Shown here: positions 9,352 through 17,312 of the stretch, piece by piece
Layout: each line of letters opens with the position of its first letter
How positions within the stretch are numbered: the stretch's first letter is position 1
Source: Octopus sinensis
Lineage: Eukaryota
Direction: 5' to 3'
NCBI RefSeq assembly: GCF_006345805.1
Contig: NW_021826180.1
Location: 1 to 17,565, forward strand
Length of the DNA: 17,565 nt
Position numbers and translations under genes: made by a program
The notes under the pieces: model-generated
The model's input: only the letters and a program-made list of their open reading frames with translations
The model's database searches: none
What the model was told of the DNA's origin: nothing

Positions 9352-9715
9352 CAACAATGAGGAACGGCTGCAATAGGCAGTTCGACCCACTAGAAAGAGT
9401 ACGATGACTTTGAAAATTTTAGGTCAGAATTACCTAGGCATAGATATAGCTGCCTCGTGTAATTTCTTGTCCCTTATGGCTTCTTTACCGACGAGCGCGT
9501 GGCTTTTGGAAGATTGATTGATTAAGTTTAATTAATTAATCAGGCTGGTTACCATTAAAAAACGCCGAAACAATGCATTGTCTAAAGATGAGTAGGGTAA
9601 ATGTTTTTTTTTTTTTTCCTTAAATTTCGGAATTACTACTTTTTGCGGTTGGAGCCCTGGCTGCTCTTTCTAGAGGGTCGAACGGCCTATTGTAGCCGTT
9701 CCTCAATTGTCGTTG
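9352..9715. repeat. Module bounded by ~45-bp inverted repeats and enclosing the second hammerhead-like motif
   Basis: tgaggaacggctgcaataggcagttcgacccactagaaagag (9358-9399) versus ctctttctagagggtcgaacggcctattgtagccgttcctca (9664-9705). Confidence 0.85.
9482..9588 (+). ncRNA. Type I hammerhead-ribozyme-like motif with long stem II, antisense to RhoGAP
   Basis: UCUUUA (9482-87), CCGACGA, G(C)GCGU...ACGCC, GAAA (9567-70), CAAUGCAUUG, UC^ (9582), UAAAGA (9583-88). Stem III is the palindrome ACAAUGCAUUGU. Confidence 0.7.
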
Positions 9716-9809
9716 AATTTATTAATAGTCTCTGACTATTTCCTCTTTCTCACTAGACCGCTGGTGGCAAATAATTTCTATTGAATTTTTTGCTACCCTA
9801 AATTGATTA

Positions 9810-9850
<41 letters not shown>

Positions 9851-10022
9851 TATATATATATATATAATATATATATAGATTCCTTTTATCATTTCAGTGA
9901 TTTGACTGTGGCCTGTTTTCATATAAATACTACAATTAGCCGTCATTTTCGAAATTATGGGGCCAGCTAGTATATATGTATTATATGTGTGTTACACTAA
10001 ACAATATTGTTATTTGACTTAC

Positions 10023-10129
10023 TTCACCAAGGAAGGTGATGATGTATTTCAAGAGTTGATAATTCTCTTCGGGGAGTTCTTCCAACACCATTTGCCGTGC
10101 CTCAGACACAAGTTGGTCTTCTTTTAAAC
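10023..10129 (-). CDS. ARHGAP1: RhoGAP exon: LKEDQLVSEARQMVLEELPEENYQLLKYIITFLGE
   Basis: Acceptor gctattttcAG and donor GTAAGT. 107 nt, phase 1 to phase 0. LPEENY..L..L..FL motif. Confidence 0.96.
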
Positions 10130-10424
10130 CTGAAAATAGCCAGAAATAACACAACAGTCTTTTAATGTTCAGCAGAAAATAGTACTCGAATACCAGAGGT
10201 AGAGTAACGTGCTTTATCAACATTTGTTAGATACTTTTTTGGGAATGCCAACTTCCAAATCATTCTCTCTCTCTCTCTCTCTCTCTATTAATTTTTTCTC
10301 TTTCTCTCTCTATTTTTCTCTTTTCCTCTCTTTTTCCCACTACTTATTATTTTCTGATTTTCTTTTATCTTCTTTTTCTAGCTTGTAACAACTCAGTTGT
10401 ATGCATCATATGTGTATATACATA

Positions 10425-10849
10425 TGTACATGAACATCGAAATAAATATCAATGGAAATAGTAGTTGTGATACCTGTGGCACGTAAGAAGCACCATCCGA
10501 ATGTGGCCGATGCCAGCGCCGCCTTGACTGGCTTCTGTGCCAGTGGCATGTAAAAAGCACCATCTGAACGTGGCCGATGCCAGCACCGCCTTGACTGGCT
10601 CCTGTGCCAGTGGCACGTAAAAAGCACCAACCGATCGTGGCCGCTGCCAGACTCCCCTGGCACCTGTGCCGGTGACATGTAAAAAGCAACCACTACACTC
10701 ATGGAGTGGTTGACATTAGGAAGGGCATCCAGCTGTAGAAACACTGCCAAATCAGACTGGAGCCTGGTGCAACCTCCTGGCTTCCCAGACCCCGGTCGAA
10801 CCGTCCAACCCATGCTAGCATGGAAAACGGACGTTAAACGATGATGATG
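10425..10849 (+). mobile_element. (GAT)n-tailed retroposon (SINE or RTE-partnered family), copy 1, with 3 internal ~62-bp units
   Basis: Shares ggaaat.gtag.tgtgatacc...aggaagggcatccagctgtagaaac...catgctagcatggaaaacggacgttaaacgatgatg with the other three copies. Confidence 0.9.
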
Positions 10850-10870
10850 TAGACACCTATATATGCAACG

Positions 10871-11040
10871 TCGTTTAACGTCCGTTTTCAAAGCTAGCAT
10901 GGGTTGGACAGTTCGACCGGGAACTGGGAAGCCAGGAGGCTGCGCCAGGCTCCAGTCTGATCTGGCAGTGTTTCTACAGCTGGATGCCCTTCCTAACGCC
11001 AACCACTCCGAGAGTGTAGTGGGTGCTTTTTACATGCCAC
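10871..11040 (-). mobile_element. Same (GAT)n-tailed family, 5'-truncated inverted copy 2
   Basis: Its reverse complement aligns ungapped to 10672-10841 with 14 mismatches in 170 nt (manual count). Confidence 0.92.
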
Positions 11041-11144
11041 TAGGGTATTTTTCGATGTTGTTATTATCAGTGAATTTTGGGGCTTATAAATTTAATATTT
11101 TCATATTAAATTTATAAGCCCTAAAAATTCACTCCATAATTGCT

Positions 11145-11714
11145 CACAGGCATATGGCGTAGTGGTTAAGAGCACTAGCTACAACCCCAAGATTCTGTGT
11201 TCAATTCTAGGCAGTGACCAGAATAATAATATTGAAAAATACCTTAGGAATGAGAATCCAGGTTCAAAATTCCCCAAGACACCTGATGAAGGCTGGAGGG
11301 CATATCAGCCAAATATCCATCAAATGTAATCAATGGAAATTGTAGCTGTGATACCAGTGCCGGTGGCACGTAAGAGAACCATCTGAACGTGGCCGTTGCC
11401 AGCGCCACCCCGACTGGCCTCCGTGCCGGTGACACGTAAAATGCACCATCCGATTGTGGCCGTTGCCAGCCTCGTCTGGCACCTGTGCAGGTGGCACGTA
11501 AAAAGCACCCACTACACTCACGGAGTGGTTGGCGTTAGGAAGGGCATCCAGCTGTAGAAACACTGCCAGATCAGAATGGAGCCTGGCGCAGCCCCTGGCT
11601 TCCCAGACCCCAATCGAACCGTCCAACCCATGCTAGCATGGAAAACGGACATTAAACGATGATGATGATGTAAATAATGTACATAATTCCTCGTCTCTTA
11701 AATATAGAACTGTA
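11145..11714 (+). mobile_element. tRNA-headed SINE interrupted by copy 3 of the (GAT)n family
   Basis: A box tggcgtagtgg (11155-65) and B-box-like gtgttcaattc (11197-207). The body runs to 11329 and unique-looking sequence resumes at 11671 after the insertion. Confidence 0.75.
11330..11670 (+). mobile_element. (GAT)n-tailed family copy 3, with 2 internal units and probable ATGTAA target duplication
   Basis: ATGTAA at 11324-11329 and at 11668-11673 (overlapping the tail). Confidence 0.9.
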
Positions 11715-11795
11715 TTACAAATGTCTTTTTTTCAAAATTTCTGAATTAAAATCTTCTACCAAAACTTAGTCTTGATTTATGTTCCTAACACTAAA

Positions 11796-12161
11796 TCTCT
11801 ATATATATAAACAGCAAAATGTCTGTCTGTCTGTGTGTGTCCTTTATACAAATCCCAATTTTTCTGTTAGAGGGCTCGCACTTTCTATGGTTCATTCAAA
11901 CCGTCCAAGGGTGGTCGTGCACATCTTTACATTTCCCCGCACCCCACAAGGCCATTAAAAAATCAATAGAAGTGACTTTTTGTGAATTTTCTATCCAAAA
12001 CCCAATCAAAATGCCCGAAACTTGATACGCCAATTGAATGCCAGCTAGCTGTATGTGATTGGTCGGAGATTTGGACAGTATTCGTGTGTATGTGCGCACG
12101 TACGCAGCTGTATATGCATGCACTAACACTATGACCCGGCAACACCGGGTCATAGTGCTAG
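11796..12161 (+). mobile_element. Non-autonomous Helitron (366 bp)
   Basis: 5' TC(tctatatatataaa), a perfect 13-bp subterminal hairpin cactatgacccgg-caaca-ccgggtcatagtg (12127-12157), 3' CTAG, and insertion between A (11795) and T (12162) with no TSD. Confidence 0.88.
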
Positions 12162-12283
12162 TAGATTATAAAATTATTTTACTAAATTCTTTGTTTTATT
12201 TAAAATTAATTGAAATAAACATAGAGCGCCTCAATAGAAATATGGTAACAAAAAGGTTTCAGTAGAAAAATGAAGAGACTTCA

Positions 12284-12844
12284 TTAACCCTTTCATTACT
12301 GTATTTATTTTGAGATGTTCTGTGTTTCTTTCAATTACTTTAAATATAACAAAGAATTTAGTAAAATAACTTGGTTATCATTTAAGCTAGTGTTAGGAAC
12401 ATAAATTGTGACTAAGGTTTGGTGGGAGATTTTAATTCAAAACTTATGAAAACAAGACATTTTGTACTAAAGAGCCAGGGCCAGTTTCAGCTGGGTTGGT
12501 ATCAAAAGGGTTAAATATAACAAAGAATTTAGTAAAATAACTTAGTTATCATTTAAGCTAGTGTTAGGAACATAAATTGTGACTAAGGTTTGGTGGGAGA
12601 TTTTAATTCAAAACTTATGAAAACAAGACATTTTGTACTAAAGAGCCAGGGCCAGTTTCAGCTGGGTTGGTATCAAAAGGGTTAAATATAACAAAGAATT
12701 TAGTAAAATAACTTAGTTATCATTAAGCTGGTGTTAGGAACATAAATTGTGACTAAGGTTTGGCGGAGGATTTCAATTCAAAACTTATGAAAACAAGACA
12801 TTTGTACTACAGAACCAGGGCCGGTTTCGTATCGAAAGGGTTAA
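12284..12844. mobile_element. piggyBac-like non-autonomous element (TTAA-CCCTTT ... AAAGGG-TTAA) with its last 171 bp triplicated
   Basis: ttaaccctttc at 12284 and gaaagggttaa ending at 12844. Repeat unit starts at 12341, 12512 and 12683. Confidence 0.85.
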
Positions 12845-12932
12845 AGAGAGACGTTCAGGTGGACATCTGAAGTAACAGACAAAAGAAGGGGACAAATGAA
12901 TGAGTGGACAACTTGTGGAAGAGGCCCCTTAC

Positions 12933-13061
12933 CATAGAGTCTTGTAATGGGTTCGGCTAAGTCGTAGGTTAAAATTGGTTCTGGCAGTTCTCGTAGGAAT
13001 TTCTTCAATATCACAGCAGGAATGTGTTTGTTGTCGTATTCTGCATAGTTCACTGCATCAC
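12933..13061 (-). CDS. ARHGAP1: RhoGAP exon: DAVNYAEYDNKHIPAVILKKFLRELPEPILTYDLAEPITRLY(G)
   Basis: Acceptor attcttcAG and donor GTAAGG. 129 nt, phase 1 to phase 1. AVILKxFLRELPEPxLT is a conserved RhoGAP block. Confidence 0.97.
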
Positions 13062-13127
13062 CTGAAGAATATGGAACGACGAGAGATGAACATGAAGGAG
13101 AATGACAAATTGGCGGCAGATGGTGAT

Positions 13128-13435
13128 GTTAAGTTAAGTTAAGTTAAGATTATTTTTTGGTTCAAAAAGCAAAAAGCAAGGCCATGTAGGGGGACATGGA
13201 GTTAAGTACAGGGAGGGTGTTCATGCAAAGAGTTCAGGCCATTTCTGGTCAAGAGAGACTTTGAACCGAGCGGTCGTCGGCATCTTCACTATCTCGTCTG
13301 GCAGCTTATTCCACGGATCCGCAACCCGGATGTATGTATATAGTTAAGTTAATTTTATGGCTCAAAAAGCAAGGCCATGTAGGGTGTTCATGCAAAGAGT
13401 TCAGGCCATTTCTGATCAAGAGAGACTTTGAACCG
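13128..13435 (-). mobile_element. Two further 5'-truncated copies of the same LINE 3' end (13128-13330 and 13343-13435)
   Basis: Share aagttaagtt, caaaaagcaaggccatgtagg and catgcaaagagttcaggccatttct.gtcaagagagactttgaacc with 13635-13830. Confidence 0.9.
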
Positions 13436-13486
13436 TATGTATGTATGTATGTATTATGTATATATGTATACATGTATGTATGTATG

Positions 13487-13518
<32 letters not shown>

Positions 13519-13634
13519 AATGTATGTATGTATGTATGTATGTATGCATGCATGTATGAATGTATGTATATATGTATCTATTATGAATGTATTATGTATA
13601 TATGTATACATGTATTATGTATGTATGTATATAT
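13436..13634. repeat. (TATG)n microsatellite
   Basis: Direct reading. Confidence 0.95.
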
Positions 13635-13973
13635 AAGTTAAGTTAAGTTAATTTTTTGGCTCAAAAAGCAAAAAGCAAGGCCATGTAGGGGGACATTGAG
13701 TTATGTACAGGGTGGTGTTCATGCAAAGAGTTCAGGCCATTTCTGGTCAAGAGAGACTTTGAACCAAGCGGTCGTCGGCATCTTCACTAAGTCGTCCGGC
13801 AGCTTATTCCACGGATCCGCAACCCGGACGGAGAAAGCCCCTCTCCTTCGATTGAGATGAAATCGTCGCAGATAGAGCTTTTCGGAGTGACCCAGCAGCC
13901 GACGCTCTGGAGCAGGAATGAAGAACAGCTCTTTCGAGAGGTTACACTTTCCGCTTATGATGTTATGAGCAAG
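13635..13973 (-). mobile_element. CR1/L2-clade LINE 3' end: ORF2 C-terminus, 3' UTR and (AACTT)n tail
   Basis: 13970-13719 translates without a stop: AHNIISGKCNLSKELFFIPAPERRLLGHSEKLYLRRFHLNRRRGAFSVRVADPWNKLPDDLVKMPTTAWFKVSLDQKWPELFA*. The GHS.KL, FS.RV..WN.LP and FK..LD motifs are typical of CR1-clade RT C-termini. Confidence 0.9.
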
Positions 13974-14166
13974 AATGAGATCGTGTTGGATTGGATATGG
14001 TGGGAGGGGTTTAAAAGAAATGGCATCAGATGGGTGGATTTATAAAGCATTGTGCTTGATGAGGGTGGATTAAAAGAGAATGTATTAGAAAAGGGTGGAA
14101 TGGAAGACGTGAGTGTTATAAGAGATTGTCTTAGACAGGAATGGAATGGATGTTACATAGGCATAA

Positions 14167-14722
14167 AGTGGCTGTGTGGTAAGTAGCTTGCTTACCAACC
14201 ACATGGTTCTGGGTTCAGTCCCACTGCGTGGCACCTTGGGCAAGTGTCTTCTACTATAGCCTTGGGCCGACCAAAGCCTTGTGAGTGGATTTGGTAGACG
14301 GAAACTGAAAGAAGCCCGTCGTATATATATATATATATATATGTAGGAGTGGCTGTGTGGTAAGTAGCTTGCTTACAAACCACATGGTTCCGGGTTCAGT
14401 CCCACTGCATGGCACCTTGAGCAAGTGTCTTCTACTATAGCTTCGGGCCGACCAAAGCCTTGTGAGTGGATTTGGTAGACGGAAACTGAAAGAAGCCCGT
14501 CATATATATGTATACATATATATATGTGTGTGTTTGTGAGTCTGTGTTTGTCGCCCCCAACATCGCTTGATAACTGATGCTGGTGTATTTATGTCCCTGT
14601 AACTTAGTGGTTTGGCAAAAGAGACCGATAGAATAAGTACTGGGTTTACAAAAGAATAAGCCCTGGGGTCGAGTTGCTCGACTAAAGGCAGTGCTCCAGC
14701 ATGGCCACAGTCAAAGTAAAAG
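14167..14722 (+). mobile_element. tRNA-derived SINE with tandemly duplicated 5' half (14167-14320, then full copy 14346-14722)
   Basis: A-box-like tggctgtgtggtaag, B-box-like gggttcagtccc, then ccttgggcaagtg (resembles the CORE-SINE domain as recalled), internal (TA)n and tail gtgctccagcatggccacagtcaaa. Confidence 0.88.
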
Positions 14723-14958
14723 AGAGTAAGGGTGGGAATAGAAGAGATGAGCATTAAAAGAGATTGTGTTACATAAGGGTGAATGAAAGAGATTGTGTTA
14801 GATAGGGTGGAAACATGTAAGATAAGGGTGGGAATGGAGGGGGAAGAGGAGATAATAAAGGGTAGGAGGAGGAAAGTAAGAGATAAAGTATGGGATTAAG
14901 AAGGAGGAAAACAGGAAATGAAGCAGCTGCTGCTGTTGCTGCGTCTGGTCGTACCCAC

Positions 14959-15036
14959 CTGCATTGATCTTGTTCTGTACGTCCTTGATGACAGAAGCAC
15001 TGGCCGATCTTCGGAATATTCCTTCGGTGTCCAACG
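14959..15036 (-). CDS. ARHGAP1: RhoGAP exon with catalytic arginine finger: LDTEGIFRRSASASVIKDVQNKINA(G)
   Basis: Acceptor gatcgtttcAG and donor GTGGGT. 78 nt, phase 1 to phase 1. EGIFRRS is the RhoGAP signature. Confidence 0.96.
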
Positions 15037-15149
15037 CTGAAACGATCACAAGACAAATGAAGTTTCTTGGTTTTCCTGTAGTTCTTACTAACACTACTAC
15101 AACTACTACAACTACTACAACTGCTGCTACTACTACCACCACCACCACA

Positions 15150-15260
15150 TGGGTATACTGGGCTTCGTATATTTGTATCCCATTGTCACTTTGATGGCAT
15201 GCACTGCTCTCTCTTACTCAAAAATGATGATGATAATAATAATAATAATAATAATAATAA
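15150..15260 (+). mobile_element. 3' end of an (AAT)n-tailed retroelement, short copy
   Basis: gggtatactgggcttcgtatattt...gtcactttgatggcatg.actgctctct, followed by (AAT)n, also occurs at 16037-16140. Confidence 0.75.
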
Positions 15261-15476
15261 GGGTTCCAAATTTTGGCAGAAGACCAGCAATTTTAGGGGA
15301 GGGGGTAAGTTGATTACATCAACCCCTGTACTCAACTGGTACTTAATTTACTGACCCCAAAAGGATGAAATGCAAAGTTGACTTCAGCAGAATTTGAACT
15401 CAGAACGTAGCAGTGGGTGAAATACCGCTAAGCATTTCATCCAGCGTGCTAATAATTCTGCCAGCTTGCTGCCTTA

Positions 15477-15525
<49 letters not shown>

Positions 15526-15740
15526 CCTTTCTACTCTAGGCATAAGGCCCGAAATTTTGGGGGAGGAGGGGCAATCATTTAGATTGATCCCCAATACACA
15601 ACTGGTATTTAATTTATTGACCCCAAAAGGATGAAAGGCAAAGTCGACCTTAGCAGAATTTGAACTCAGATCGTAGCAACAGGCGAAATACCGCTAAGCA
15701 TTTTGTCCAGCATGTTAACGATTCTGCCAGCTCACCACCT
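15261..15740 (-). mobile_element. Two head-to-tail copies of a second tRNA-derived SINE (15261-15474 and 15526-15740) with (ATT)n tails
   Basis: Minus-strand head aggc/tg..gagctggcagaat..ttagc, B box gagttcaaatt, shared body tttcatccttttggggtc..taaattaa.taccagt. Confidence 0.88.
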
Positions 15741-15792
15741 TAATAATATTATTATAATAATAATAATAATAATAGTAATAATAATAATAATA

Positions 15793-15828
<36 letters not shown>

Positions 15829-15880
15829 TAATAATTAATGATTAATAATGATAATAATAATAATAATTATAAAAATAATA

Positions 15881-15924
<44 letters not shown>

Positions 15925-15960
15925 TAATGATTAATAATGATAATAATAATAATAATAATA
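15741..15960. repeat. (AAT)n microsatellite
   Basis: Direct reading. Confidence 0.97.
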
Positions 15961-16109
15961 ATGAGATCACCATGTCGCGCACATATGGTTGTGATGCATA
16001 TGCCTGGTGTACCCTTATCAGACGGGTAGTCATGATGGGTATACTGGGCTTCGTATATTTTACTCCAGTGTCACTTTGATGGCATGAACTGCTCTCTCAC
16101 TCAATAACG

Positions 16110-16140
<31 letters not shown>
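15961..16140 (+). mobile_element. 3' end of the (AAT)n-tailed retroelement, longer copy
   Basis: See 15150-15260. Confidence 0.75.
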
Positions 16141-16141
<1 letters not shown>

Positions 16142-16281
16142 TCTTTCAAATTTTGGTTGCAGTCTAATAAATAATTAAAACTTCTCAGGTACCCCCACCA
16201 ATGACTGTAAAACGGTAAAAACACTAAAACGAAAGAGATTCTGTAAAAGATGAAGATGAAGAAGTCTGTCAATGAATTTAC

Positions 16282-16352
16282 CGTGTTTTCTGAGATATTC
16301 GACAGTTTGAACAACAATCGGGGGTAAGGTTTGTCCAGACTGCTGTTGGATG
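16282..16352 (-). CDS. ARHGAP1: RhoGAP exon: IQQQSGQTLPPIVVQTVEYLRKH(A)
   Basis: Acceptor ctgctttcAG and donor GTAAAT. 71 nt, phase 2 to phase 1, joining TT|C and G|CG in frame. Resembles IPIVLRETVAYLQAH of ARHGAP1 as recalled. Confidence 0.9.
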
Positions 16353-16439
16353 CTGAAAGCAGAACGGAAACAGAAACGGTTTTAGGATGAAATGAAGAAT
16401 ATAGTGCATTTGTTTTATACAAGAACTAGTCAAAGCAAA

Positions 16440-16489
<50 letters not shown>

Positions 16490-16551
16490 CAGAGAGGAAA
16501 GAAAGAAAAGAAATGACAAAAGCAACAAAAAAAAAAAACTAAATAATGATC

Positions 16552-17284
16552 AACATGAATGGAAATTGTAGCTGTGATACCAGTGCCGGTGGCACATAAG
16601 AGAACCGTCCAAAGGTGGCTGTTGCCAGCGCTGTTCCGACTGGCTTCCGTGCTGGTGGTGCGTAAAAAGCACCATCCGATCGTGGCTGTTGCCAGCGTCG
16701 CCCGGCCTCTGTGCCGGTGGCATGTAAAAAGCACCATCCGATCGTGGCTGTTGCCAGCGTCGCCCGGCCTCTGTGCCGGTGGCACGTAAAAAGCACCATC
16801 CGATCGTGGCTGTTGCCAGCGTCGCCCGGCCTCTGTGCCAGTGGCATGTAAAAAGCACCATCCGATCGTGGCTGTTGCCAGCGTCGCCTGGCCTCTGTGC
16901 CGGTGGCACGTAAAAAGCACCATCTGATCGTGGCTGTTTGCCAGCGTCGCCCGGCACCTGTACCAGTGGCACGTAAAAAGCACCATCCAATCGTGGCCGT
17001 TGCCAGCGTCGCCTGGTCTCCGTGCCGGTGGCACGTAAAAAGTAACATCCGATCGTGCCGGTTTTTCACTGCCCCTGTACCAGTGGCACGTAAAAAGCAC
17101 CCACTACACTCGTGAGTGGTTGCGAGCGATTAGGAAGGAGTAGTCATCCTCCAGCTGTAGAAACAGTGCCAGATCAGACTGGAGCCTGGTGCAGCCTCCT
17201 GGCTTCCCAGGCCCCAGTTGAACCGTCCAACCCATGCTAGCATGGAAAGCGGACGCTAAACATGATGATGATGATGATGATGAT
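16552..17284 (+). mobile_element. (GAT)n-tailed family copy 4 with an expanded internal 62-bp tandem array (about 8 units)
   Basis: aaaaagcacc-type anchors at 16664, 16726, 16788, 16850, 16912, 16975, 17037 and 17092. Same 3' body and (GAT)n tail as the other copies. Confidence 0.92.
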
Positions 17285-17312
17285 AAAGTTGTAATTAACT
17301 TAATGGACTTAC

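Noticed and set aside
9358-9385. Hairpin gaacggct..ag(g)c(c)gttc within the inverted arms as another hammerhead
   Set aside because: There is no CUGANGA-like box in register and no GAAA after the stem.
11145-11220. tRNA gene (also heads at 3870, 14167, 14346, 15474 and 15740)
   Set aside because: A and B boxes are present but there is no complete cloverleaf or acceptor stem, and each continues into a SINE body.
10393-11626. ORFs such as LAVFLQLDALPNANH and MLFTCHRHR, also at 16426-17115
   Set aside because: These are chance reading frames in GC-rich repeat copies with no splice-consistent link to the RhoGAP frame.
16339-16344. Alternative CAGCAG acceptors inside the 71-nt exon
   Set aside because: Use would remove 10 or 13 nt and shift the frame before the GAP domain, and there is no supporting evidence.
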